Positions 9,114 to 17,541 of a DNA stretch of 64,000 bases are shown here, one piece after another. The DNA is taken from positions 43,129 through 107,128 of the forward strand of contig JBHHYO010000002.1 of the NCBI GenBank assembly GCA_046757665.1, in the 5' to 3' direction. The position numbers and the translations under genes are program-made. Numbering within the stretch: the stretch's first letter is position 1; every line of letters starts with the position of its first letter. The stretch is from Nitrospinales bacterium. Its GTDB lineage: Bacteria > Nitrospinota > Nitrospinia > Nitrospinales > JAJDAT01. Below the pieces are notes generated by a model. That model was given only the letters and a program-made list of their open reading frames with translations, ran no database searches and was not told the DNA's origin.

Positions 9114-9665
9114 TTAAAGTTTTTTGACCTGATTCTTGACCTGATAATAGCGGAAAAACGCGCCCATCATTATAATAATCAACAGCGCCAAAACCATCAA
9201 CGCCCCTTCCATGATAAGCGTCAAGGACAGAGGCATATTTTCCAGAATCCATACGACAATTTGATGCAACCCATACCAGGAGTCGGGGTCGCTAAGCCAG
9301 GCCTGGAGCGCCGTACCCTGAAACAGGTAATTAAACGCAACGATAAGAGGAAACTCGGTCCACGTGCCGCTTTGCAACCAGAGAAACCCTTGATACCCCA
9401 GCAGGAAAAATCCGGAAAAAAATACCAGCGACGCCGACACAACGGCTATCCCGCCGACAAAGCCAAGAAAAAAATCCAGCGGCGTCAGCTTTCGCACAAT
9501 TTCTTTAGACTCCGCCCAGCCTTTCAGGGCCATTTGTTTCGCGCGGATTTTCAGACGTTCCTTCAGCTCCACGCAAACCAGTATCGCAGGCTCAACCCAA
9601 TGGGTTATCTCCGCGATCCAGCGGGAACCATTGAACCCTCTTTCATAAAATTTTCTTTCCGACAT
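9114..9665 (-). CDS. Hypothetical membrane protein
   Basis: ATG 9665 preceded by GGAGG. Two to three hydrophobic segments with YQ..LWL..G.W and W.GL..IV.W.L motifs. Function unknown. Confidence 0.7.
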   Translation of the reverse strand: MSERKFYERGFNGSRWIAEITHWVEPAILVCVELKERLKIRAKQMALKGWAESKEIVRKLTPLDFFLGFVGGIAVVSASLVFFSGFFLLGYQGFLWLQSGTWTEFPLIVAFNYLFQGTALQAWLSDPDSWYGLHQIVVWILENMPLSLTLIMEGALMVLALLIIIMMGAFFRYYQVKNQVKKL

Positions 9666-9937
9666 GGGATTGCCCTCCCCGTATTTGGAAACCGCGGGAT
9701 TGCGGCTTTTTAACCTGGATCTTTCTTTTCGGTGGCGGTTCATCATTTCTCTACTCAACCTGCTCCTCTCGACCGGAGCAAACGATCATGATCCAATCCA
9801 TTTACAAGTATAGAACCATTATCATTATTTTCAACAAAAAGCATCTGCTTTATAAAATCCCGCTTTCAACTCCATACCGGGAACTGTGCCGGCCCGCAGG
9901 CCGGAAATATAAATTTAATCAAATTTAAACAATATTA

Positions 9938-9967
9938 TTGACATTTATTTAAAAATATCTATACTAT
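9938..9967 (+). promoter_or_regulatory. Sigma70-like promoter with no downstream ORF
   Basis: TTGACA (9938-9943) followed by TATACT (16 nt spacer) or TACTAT (18 nt spacer), with an AT-rich upstream tract. Confidence 0.6.
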
Positions 9968-9969
9968 AT

Positions 9970-10047
9970 ACAGATTGTATGTCCTCCTGTATTTGGACCC
10001 GCTTGTTTGGCCTCCTTCCCCCCCTGACAAGCGGGTCTACCTATTTG
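9970..10047 (+). ncRNA. Candidate small RNA with anti-Shine-Dalgarno-like CCUCCU motifs
   Basis: Lies downstream of the orphan promoter. TCCTCCT at 9982-9988 and a perfect 11 bp stem GACCCGCTTGT/ACAAGCGGGTC (9996-10006/10027-10037) enclosing a CCTCCTTCCCCCCC loop. Confidence 0.4.
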
Positions 10048-10111
10048 TAACCCCAAATTTTTCAAACCGTAATGCCCCTGTTTGCCAAAACCGGCAACGC
10101 TTTGGCAATCA

Positions 10112-12166
10112 TCAGCGGGGGCTGGCGGCGATGTTGCCGCCGTCAACGGTGATTACGCTTCCGGTGGTCTTTTCCGCCAGGGCAAGGTGCAAAAATCCCT
10201 CGGCCACGTCGGTATCGTAAACTTCCCGCGCCAGCAGGTTGTTCTTAAAATATTCATCGGCCTTCAAACCCCGCGCGCCGGCCCGCTCGGCGATAACCCG
10301 CGGCGAAAACAGGCCCGTCCGAACCCGGTCCGCGTTCACGGCATTCGACCGGACGCCCTCCTTGCCGTAGTCCAAGGCATATTGCTTGGCCAGGGCGACC
10401 ACGGCGGCCTTGGGCAGGGCGTAGGGACCGAAGTCCTTGCCCGGATTGAAAGCCGCCTTGGAAGCGTTGAACAATAAAACGCCGCCGGTTTTTTGCGCCA
10501 GAAAAATCCCGACCGCCCGCGCCGCCAGGCTCTGGTGAGCGAAAAAATTCAGATCGAAACTTTTCCGCAACACCGCGCCGTCCAGTTGCCCGATCCTCCC
10601 CTGAACCGCGTTGCCGGCATTGGATATCAGAATGTCCAGCCCCCCGTAAGCCGTTACCAGTTGGTCGAACGACTCCGCAACGGCTTCCTCATCGGTAACG
10701 TCGAGGACACAGGTCGTGACGCCGACGGCGGATTCCTCTTCGATGGTTTGCCGCGCCGCGACGAGCCTGGCTTCGTCCCGGTCCACCAGAAACAGGTTGG
10801 CGCCGTTTTTGGCGAACAGCCGGGCGGTGGCCAATCCGATCCCCGATGCCGCGCCCGACAGATAAACCACCCTCCCCTGAAGTTTCGCCGGCTTGCTCTT
10901 GCCCAGTTTGGCCTGCTCCAGCGACCAGTATTCCATGTCAAACAGATCGGCATCGTCGAGCGGCGCAAAACTTCCCACGCGGAACGCCTTTCGCACGGTG
11001 TCGATGGTGTGCTCGTAAATGTCCGCGGCAATACGGGTTTCCTTCGTCGTTTTCCCAAGAGTCAACAGCCCCAGCCCGGCGACGAGAACGACCCGCGGCA
11101 AGGGGTCCAGCTCCTTCTTGTCAACCCCCTTGGCTTCCCGGTTGGACATAAAGTACCGGTGATAATTTTTAATGTAACTCTCCAGGGCGGCGGCAATCTC
11201 CTGCCGCAATGCTTCCTCATCGTCCAGCGACTGCGGATTCAACAGCAACGGTTTTTGCTTGGTGCGAATCACGTGATCCGGCGTCGCCGTGCCGATTTGC
11301 GACCAGACGGCGCACTCCTTGCTGGAAGCGAAATCCCGTGCCGCCTCGCTTTGCCGATGATGCGCCACCCAGGACGCCCCCGACTGTTTCCGGTACAAGC
11401 CGCGCAACAACGGGCCGATTTTTCGCAGGATTTCCCCCGCGTCGGCGGAAGCAACCGAAATGGGCGTCAGCTTCTTCTCCGCCTTGCCGGCAATATATTT
11501 CTCCGCCCGCGCCACCGCCTCGATGTGGTAGTCATAACTTTCCCGGGCGGTTTCGGCAAACGTGAACAATCCGTGATTGATCAGCACCAGGCCCTTGACG
11601 CCGGGATTTTTCTCATAAGCCTCGGCGGCGGCCTTGGCGAGGGCAAACCCCGGCATGATGTAAGGCACAACCCCCAGAAAATCGCCGAACACCTCCCGGC
11701 ACAGCGCCTCGGCGTTCGGCTGGTTGGCGAGAACCAGAATCGCGTCGGCGTGGGAGTGGTCGACGAACTTGTGCGGCAGAAAAGCGTGCAACAGCGTTTC
11801 CACCGAGGGATTCGGCGACTTGGCGTCCAGCAAGTGAGTGCGCTGGTCGTTGACCATGGCCTCGTCACTGAGACTGCCCAGCTTTCTGAGCTTCAGCAGG
11901 TAATCGAGTTCGACCCCCGGCAAGCCCGGCGGTTCCAGAGTGTCCAGGTCCCAGCCGCTACCCTTGACGTAAAGCGCCCGCACCTCTTCCCCCACCCGGT
12001 TTTCGATCACCGACTTTACCGAGGTATTGCCGCCGCCATGTAGCACCAGAGCGGGGTCCGAACCGATCAGCCGGGACGTGTACACCCGCAGAGCGATGTC
12101 CTCGGAATAATCGGCGTATTTTTTCTTGAAAGCCTCTGCTTCTTCATCTTTCCATCGATTTTGCAT
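10112..12166 (-). CDS. Bifunctional class II aldolase / short-chain dehydrogenase (RhaD/YuxG-like)
   Basis: N-terminal GGGNTSVK, KGSGWDL, PSVETLLHA, DHSHAD, NHGL and TPDH. C-terminal GAASGIG, SNAG and YALPKAA. Confidence 0.92.
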   Translation of the reverse strand: MQNRWKDEEAEAFKKKYADYSEDIALRVYTSRLIGSDPALVLHGGGNTSVKSVIENRVGEEVRALYVKGSGWDLDTLEPPGLPGVELDYLLKLRKLGSLSDEAMVNDQRTHLLDAKSPNPSVETLLHAFLPHKFVDHSHADAILVLANQPNAEALCREVFGDFLGVVPYIMPGFALAKAAAEAYEKNPGVKGLVLINHGLFTFAETARESYDYHIEAVARAEKYIAGKAEKKLTPISVASADAGEILRKIGPLLRGLYRKQSGASWVAHHRQSEAARDFASSKECAVWSQIGTATPDHVIRTKQKPLLLNPQSLDDEEALRQEIAAALESYIKNYHRYFMSNREAKGVDKKELDPLPRVVLVAGLGLLTLGKTTKETRIAADIYEHTIDTVRKAFRVGSFAPLDDADLFDMEYWSLEQAKLGKSKPAKLQGRVVYLSGAASGIGLATARLFAKNGANLFLVDRDEARLVAARQTIEEESAVGVTTCVLDVTDEEAVAESFDQLVTAYGGLDILISNAGNAVQGRIGQLDGAVLRKSFDLNFFAHQSLAARAVGIFLAQKTGGVLLFNASKAAFNPGKDFGPYALPKAAVVALAKQYALDYGKEGVRSNAVNADRVRTGLFSPRVIAERAGARGLKADEYFKNNLLAREVYDTDVAEGFLHLALAEKTTGSVITVDGGNIAASPR

Positions 12167-12254
12167 ATCAGGAAAATAGCAAAACTCCGCATAAACTTAA
12201 AGATAAAAGCGGGGACGATGAAAACCGCCCGCCTGACCGAGCTCGCCCGCATTC

Positions 12255-12285
12255 CTGTCATGGTGAGCCCGTCGAACCATGACAG
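12255..12285. repeat. REP-like hairpin (GTCATGGTGAGCCCGTCGAACCATGAC family)
   Basis: Perfect 10 bp stem CTGTCATGGT/ACCATGACAG. A related half, CCCTTCGACAAGCTCAGGGCGAC, lies at 21363-21385. Confidence 0.65.
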
Positions 12286-12560
12286 CACCTGACTGGAGCC
12301 GGTTTTCGCAGAAAAAAAATTTTGAAAAAACGAGGAACGAAATAGTCTAAATGACAGGTTATAAACCCGGAAAACCCTTGTCATGCAACCGGTTTTCCAG
12401 CTCTCCCGTCAGGTAAAAAATCAACGATTTTCGCGGCAAAACGGCCCAAAAACCGGATCGAATTTTTCCTTGTATCCATATGACTTTAAATAACTTGTAA
12501 AGACAGGTTTTGGCATGTCGAACCCCGCCATTTGAAGATTAAAATTTACAATACCGAAAT

Positions 12561-12590
12561 CACCACGGAGTCACAGAGACACACAGAAAA
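12561..12590 (+). repeat. CACCACGGAGTCACAGAGACACACAGA short tandem-motif repeat
   Basis: Three CAC(A/G)GA-like units. Resembles a dispersed repeat I recall flanking GxxExxY genes (not verified). Confidence 0.4.
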
Positions 12591-12604
12591 GCCCCCTTCA
12601 AGGA

Positions 12605-12739
12605 GAGACCTTTGCATAAGTGTACTGGTTTGATTGTCATTGCGAGGCGGCTCAGCCGACGAGGCAATCCAGAAAGGACCATTCCCACCGGGCGTGGCCC
12701 GGCTGGATCGCCACGCCGCCGATGGCGGCTCGCGATGAC
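12605..12739 (+). mobile_element. MITE-like repeat, copy 1 (right end missing)
   Basis: Left end GAGACCTTTGCATAAG and palindromic core GTCATTGCGAG...CTCGCGATGAC (12636-12739) shared with four other loci. Confidence 0.75.
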
Positions 12740-12763
12740 ACCGAAGTTGATTTCCATGGCGTG

Positions 12764-12815
12764 GTGGCGCGGACTTTCCAGTCCGCGCATGGGCAGGCTG
12801 GAAAGCCTGCCCCAC
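12764..12815. repeat. Inverted REP doublet (REPIN-like)
   Basis: Two 9 bp stems, GCGCGGACT-ttcc-AGTCCGCGC and GGGCAGGCT-ggaa-AGCCTGCCC, in inverted orientation, each with an outer GTGG end. Confidence 0.7.
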
Positions 12816-12830
12816 CATTTCAGGGCCACC

Positions 12831-12858
12831 GCAGGGAACAGACATGTCTGTTCCCTGC
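12831..12858. repeat. Perfect 28 bp palindrome
   Basis: GCAGGGAACAGACATGTCTGTTCCCTGC equals its own reverse complement. Confidence 0.85.
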
Positions 12859-13059
12859 TTCCCGCGGTCTCCCGTCTCCGGGTTTTATCCCCCTACATAT
12901 AGCGCGAAATACAGGTATGCAACCGCGCAACCCTTTTCAATCCTGCGGGTTAAAAAAATAATGGGAGAGGCGCCGGGCGAAATATTTCGTCATCGCCTTG
13001 AGCCGTCGGAGAATAGACTTTTTCCCCCGGCGCTACTGGAAGTATTTTATACTGCCGTC

Positions 13060-13131
13060 ATGAAAGTCTGTATCCATCGAGGGACACAGGAGATCGGCGG
13101 CGCCTGCACTGAGCTTGAGAAAGAGAAATAA
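13060..13131 (+). pseudogene. 23-codon N-terminal remnant of an MBL-fold (RNase J/beta-CASP-like) hydrolase
   Basis: MKVCIHRGTQEIGGACTELE matches the IHRG..EIGG.C.E start of this family. It stops 2 nt before the SGNH gene. Confidence 0.65.
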
Positions 13132-13133
13132 TA

Positions 13134-14375
13134 ATGGTTGAAGATAGCTCCAGGACAAGCAAAAGAAGTCTTTGGGTCAATATCTGCGTGTTCAGCTTCA
13201 GCCTCTTTATTTCCTTGTTCCTTGCGGAGATGGCGGTAAGAACGCTCAGGCCGGATTTAAAATATTTGGTCCAAAGCCAGTTTGAAGAAAACAGATTCCG
13301 AATTCACGCCAATATCAAGAATACCGCGGGGTTTTATCCTCATCCCGATTCCGGGAAAAACCATATGGTAAGGCACAATTCGCTGGGCTTGCGGCAACAC
13401 AGAGAGTTTGACCGCAACAAACCGGCCCAAACCACCCGCATCGGTTTCTTTGGTGATTCCTTCACCGAAAATGTTCGTATGCCGGTACAGTACTCCTTTA
13501 CGGAACCTTTGGACTTCCTTCTCAATCGGACAGGCAAGGCTTTTGAAGTCCTGAATTTCGGCACGGATGGCTACGGCACGGATCAGGTTTATCTGCAATA
13601 TATGGAAGAGGGCAAAAAATCAAATTTGGACTTCGTCGTCTATTTATATTGTGAAAACGATTTGCGGGATATTTTGGCGAACAAGCTGATAGATATCGAC
13701 GAAAAGGGAAACATCAAATACATTCCGGCATTGCCCTCGGGCCTTTTTGTCTCAACCGTGAAAAAATTTTACCTTACCTACCTCTTGCTGGAGGCGCTAC
13801 TCAAATGGAATGTGGTGAAAGATAATTTCCTCAATGAGCGGTTGGACCCAAACAAAATCCGGGACGCTACAGATCATCAGGAAGAGGGAAGGCGCAAGTA
13901 CGAGGCGCTGGCCAGACAACTGGAACAGGACCCGGAGAATCCGGAATTGAAACACGCGCTGAAAATATTTTCCGCTCTGATGCAAGCAATGAAAAAGGAA
14001 AGCGAATCGAATTCATCGCGGTTGTACGTGGTTCTCTTTCCCGGATACAAATCAAACAACAAGGGCGTCCACAACCAGAAAATCACAAAGGTTCTTGAGG
14101 GCCTCGGGATTGACGTTTTAGACCTTTTCCCTGTATTCCGGCAAACGGAAAACCGTCATCGACTCAATCTCTATTTCAAAAAAGACAACCATTGGAACGA
14201 GGAAGGAAACAAAATAGCCGCGGTGGAGATATTCAAATTTCTCGCCGAAAAACTCGGATTGGTTTTTGCGGGCGACGCCTTCATAAAGGAAGGACTGAAC
14301 GAATATTACAGCTCCTTCCCGCCGGTTGCAATCAGCGATGTATGGCTTCAAAAAAAACCGTTGCGGACAACTTGA
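13134..14375 (+). CDS. SGNH/GDSL hydrolase family protein, membrane anchored
   Basis: N-terminal TM helix, HNSLGLR, block I FGDSFTE, NFGTDGYGTDQ, END and the catalytic DNHWN. Confidence 0.88.
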   Translation: MVEDSSRTSKRSLWVNICVFSFSLFISLFLAEMAVRTLRPDLKYLVQSQFEENRFRIHANIKNTAGFYPHPDSGKNHMVRHNSLGLRQHREFDRNKPAQTTRIGFFGDSFTENVRMPVQYSFTEPLDFLLNRTGKAFEVLNFGTDGYGTDQVYLQYMEEGKKSNLDFVVYLYCENDLRDILANKLIDIDEKGNIKYIPALPSGLFVSTVKKFYLTYLLLEALLKWNVVKDNFLNERLDPNKIRDATDHQEEGRRKYEALARQLEQDPENPELKHALKIFSALMQAMKKESESNSSRLYVVLFPGYKSNNKGVHNQKITKVLEGLGIDVLDLFPVFRQTENRHRLNLYFKKDNHWNEEGNKIAAVEIFKFLAEKLGLVFAGDAFIKEGLNEYYSSFPPVAISDVWLQKKPLRTT

Positions 14376-14419
14376 AAAAAAACATCGCACTTAGATACCT
14401 GGAGCTGGAACCTGAGGCC

Positions 14420-14737
14420 ATGACGGTGTATAGCGAATTGATCGCGTCAAACAAAGACTCGGCTCCAGTCTATGCCAGACTGGGAAATGCCTACTATTCC
14501 AGGGAAATGTATGATCGAGCCATCGAGGATTATAATAAAGCTCTTGCATTGGACCCGGAGGCCCTTGCCACTTACAACAATCGCGGCATGAGCTATTTGC
14601 GTTCAAATAACCTTCATATGGCGGTTTTGGATTTTAAGAAGGCATGTGATTCCGGTATTCAAGCCGCATGTAAAAATCTTGAAATGGTCGTTCAGGGGAT
14701 TAAAAACAAGAGCAAAAGGAATGCCATTCCCCACTGA
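14420..14737 (+). CDS. TPR-repeat protein; possibly the frameshifted C-terminus of the SGNH gene
   Basis: VYARLGNAYY...AIEDYNKALALDP, YNNRGMSY and KKACDSG..AC. The frame is open back across the A8 tract at 14350-14357. Confidence 0.7.
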   Translation: MTVYSELIASNKDSAPVYARLGNAYYSREMYDRAIEDYNKALALDPEALATYNNRGMSYLRSNNLHMAVLDFKKACDSGIQAACKNLEMVVQGIKNKSKRNAIPH

Positions 14738-14754
14738 ACGCTTTCGAGAAAAAC

Positions 14755-16410
14755 TCAACGATTCGGCAATGTCCCGCACTCACCGGCCTGCTTGCGGCAG
14801 TCAAAAACCAGGATGGAACCGCCGCCGAGTTGCGCCGTCGGCACGATTTTCCGGAGCGGCGCGTAGAAGTCCGGCGGGCGGTTGTAAAGCCCCTGCAACA
14901 AGGTCGCGCTGACGGCTATGACTCCCTCCAGCTTAAGCTCATCCACAGCCAGAGGCGTCTGCCGCCGCAAAAACGACGGCAGTGGCTCGGCGACAACGCC
15001 ATACGCTTTCGGGTCGGCGGTGCCGAAATAACCCAGCCGAACGGTCTTGATATTCCTCTCCCGCTGAAAACGCGCCAGCGCGGGAAGGGCCTGTCCCCAG
15101 TCCAGGTTGGAATCGACAAGATACAACCGCTTCTCCTGTTGCGGCACGGCGCGGTTGAAATAGGACAAGTAATCCGGGTGCGCGCTCAGCGTCGCAAAAA
15201 CCAGCCAGCCCAAAACCGGTATCAAAAGCAAACGCCACCGGGGAACCCGCGCCACGCCCCCCAGGTATAAAAACAAAAACGGATACGCCCACAGCAGGTA
15301 GCGCAGGCCCAGGTTGACTCTCTTCAAAACCACCGCCAGCACAATGCCGCCGAGAGCCAGGGCGATGAAGTTCGTCATTTTGCCGACCCGGAACTTTCCT
15401 CGCAGGTGCAACAAAAGCGCCGTGACCAGCAGGATCAAAACAGGCAGTGGGGTCTTGTACGCGAAGGCCAGGGGAAAATAGGCAAGCCATCCCTTGTCCG
15501 AAATCACGCCGTTCAGGTAATACACGCGCCCGGTCTCCAGGGATTGCCAGCCCTGCCGCAGGCCGCCGAAATAGTCCGGCGCGGGCGCCGGTATTCCGTT
15601 GCCGTCAATCCGCCCGACCTGGAACCCGTACACCCCCCATAGCACGACAAAAGCTATCGCCACCAGGGCCAGCCAGACCCAGACGGCGTTCAAGCGAGAT
15701 TTGGCAACCGGCGTCCGGCCCAGCGCCGGCGCCAGAACGGTCTTTCGTTCCGCGAGCACGAGAACCAGAAGCGCAACGGGCAATGCCAGGAGCGCCATGT
15801 GCTTGCTCGCCAGGGCCGCGCCCAGGCACAACCCCGCCACCGCCAGCCGCCAGGGCGCGGGCCGGCGGACAAGGCCCGACAAGGCGAAAAAAAACGCGAA
15901 CAGACACAGCGCCAGCCCCATGTCCGTGGTCACTAGCCGCCCGTGCGCCAGCATCATGGGCGAGAAAACGAACAGGCCAAGCGCCGTCAGCCCGCCCGCT
16001 TCCCCATGAAGCTCCCGCGCCCACAGGTAAACCAGAAACCCAAGAACCAGGGCAAGCCCCACCGTCACCCGGCGGGCTTGGCGAATCATTGCCTTGCCGT
16101 CATTATCCATCTCCCACAACACCCTGCCGGAATGGAAAAAGAACGGATACATTGCCGGAGTCGCCTCGGGAATTTCAGGGCGCCGCGTAACATGGACGGG
16201 TAGCGCCTGCAACAGGTTGATCAACGGCGGATGCTCGCGGTTCAACAGATAACCCTTCCCGGCAAGCGGGTACAGTCCCCGCACCAGATGGTTGCCCTCG
16301 TCGAACGTCGCCGACTTTTCCTCCAGGCCGGTAAGAGCCAGGCAGGCAAACACCGCCAGCAACGTGGCGGCCAATCCCCTGGCGGCGTAGCGGTAGGAAT
16401 CTTTATTCAC
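14755..16410 (-). CDS. GT-C fold glycosyltransferase (ArnT/PMT-like, family 39/83)
   Basis: SATFDE, EHPPL, HGRLVTTD, LASK, GLRY and DSNLDWGQ motifs with many TM helices. Confidence 0.85.
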   Translation of the reverse strand: MNKDSYRYAARGLAATLLAVFACLALTGLEEKSATFDEGNHLVRGLYPLAGKGYLLNREHPPLINLLQALPVHVTRRPEIPEATPAMYPFFFHSGRVLWEMDNDGKAMIRQARRVTVGLALVLGFLVYLWARELHGEAGGLTALGLFVFSPMMLAHGRLVTTDMGLALCLFAFFFALSGLVRRPAPWRLAVAGLCLGAALASKHMALLALPVALLVLVLAERKTVLAPALGRTPVAKSRLNAVWVWLALVAIAFVVLWGVYGFQVGRIDGNGIPAPAPDYFGGLRQGWQSLETGRVYYLNGVISDKGWLAYFPLAFAYKTPLPVLILLVTALLLHLRGKFRVGKMTNFIALALGGIVLAVVLKRVNLGLRYLLWAYPFLFLYLGGVARVPRWRLLLIPVLGWLVFATLSAHPDYLSYFNRAVPQQEKRLYLVDSNLDWGQALPALARFQRERNIKTVRLGYFGTADPKAYGVVAEPLPSFLRRQTPLAVDELKLEGVIAVSATLLQGLYNRPPDFYAPLRKIVPTAQLGGGSILVFDCRKQAGECGTLPNR

Positions 16411-16547
16411 GGTTATGGTTTGGCCGGAGATTTGTTAAAACAAGCTTCTTCCCGAAAAGGATTCGACATCCCGTCGATGGTATTCGTGATAAGCCCCTCC
16501 CGCAACTCATTTTTCGCGGAGAAAAAATATAAGGAGCCGGGACATTC

Positions 16548-16556
16548 TGTTATAAT
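16548..16556 (+). promoter_or_regulatory. Extended -10 promoter element (TGnTATAAT) for purS
   Basis: TGTTATAAT ends 8 nt before the purS ATG. Confidence 0.55.
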
Positions 16557-16564
16557 CTTCCACC

Positions 16565-16813
16565 ATGCTGGCGAAAATTCACGTGACATTCAAGAACGGC
16601 GTGCTGGACCCTCAGGGCAAGGCCGTGCATCATGCCCTCACCGACCTCGGATACACGGAAGTGACCGCCGTCAATATCGGCAAATACATGGAAATCCGGT
16701 TGGACGGCGTTTCCAGGGCCGAAGCCCAGAGCCGCGTTGCGGAAATGTGCGATAAACTTCTCGCCAACCCGATCATCGAATCCTACCGGTTCACCTTGGA
16801 CCCTGCCGGATGA
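16565..16813 (+). CDS. purS: FGAM synthase subunit PurS
   Basis: VLDPQG.AV..AL, GKY.E and C.KLLANP.IE.Y. Confidence 0.96.
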   Translation: MLAKIHVTFKNGVLDPQGKAVHHALTDLGYTEVTAVNIGKYMEIRLDGVSRAEAQSRVAEMCDKLLANPIIESYRFTLDPAG

Positions 16814-16838
16814 ATCTTTCCTTGAAGGACGTCGTGCC

Positions 16839-17525
16839 ATGAAATGCGGTGTTGTTGTTTTTCCGGGATCGAACTGCGACCGGGATTGCTACCATGTCCT
16901 GAAACAGGTTTACAAACTGGATGCGCAATGGATATGGCATAAGGACCTGCGCCTGGGGAAGTTTGATTTTATCGTGCTTCCGGGCGGCTTTTCCTATGGG
17001 GACTATCTGCGGCCCGGCGCGATTGCCCGGTTTTCTCCGGTCATGAAAACCTTGCTGGACTACGCCCGGGCCGGCGGGCGCATCCTGGGCATATGCAACG
17101 GCTTTCAGATTCTGCTCGAAGCCGGCCTGTTGCCCGGAGCCCTCATGCGCAACTATTCCCAGAACTTCATTTGCAAGCCCGTGTACGTTCGCGTGGAGAA
17201 CAACCGGACACCGTTCACCGGCCAGTGCAGGGAAAAAGCGGTTTTGAAAATCCCTATCGCCCACGCCGACGGACGCTTCTTCATTTCCACCGCCAGGCTC
17301 AAGCGGATTGAGGACAACGGCCAGGTCGTTCTTCGTTATTGCGACCGCGACGGCGAAATCACCGAGGCCGCCAACCCCAACGGCTCGGTGGCAAACATCG
17401 CCGCCGTCGCCAACGACACGAAAACGGTTCTGGGAATGATGCCGCACCCCGAACGTTGCGCCGACCCGCTGTGGGCCGACCTCGACGGCAAGCATATTTT
17501 TCAATCCCTGATTCAATCCTTCTGA
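16839..17525 (+). CDS. purQ: FGAM synthase glutaminase subunit PurQ
   Basis: [33 protein letters not shown] and MPHPER. Confidence 0.97.
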   Translation: MKCGVVVFPGSNCDRDCYHVLKQVYKLDAQWIWHKDLRLGKFDFIVLPGGFSYGDYLRPGAIARFSPVMKTLLDYARAGGRILGICNGFQILLEAGLLPGALMRNYSQNFICKPVYVRVENNRTPFTGQCREKAVLKIPIAHADGRFFISTARLKRIEDNGQVVLRYCDRDGEITEAANPNGSVANIAAVANDTKTVLGMMPHPERCADPLWADLDGKHIFQSLIQSF

Positions 17526-17541
17526 CGTCCCGGCGCCCACT

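Noticed and set aside
8990-9713. SD-preceded MKSEGL micro-ORF, the 9030-9713 ORF, and GGA motifs suggestive of a Csr/Rsm sRNA
   Set aside because: The long ORF is mostly antisense to the membrane protein gene, and the GGA motifs are few and not clearly in hairpin loops.
12546-12961. Small ORFs over the repeats (also 21285-21734, 22230-22421, 45075-45377)
   Set aside because: They are translations of the MITE sequence (RAWPGWIAT recurs in several) with no other coding evidence.
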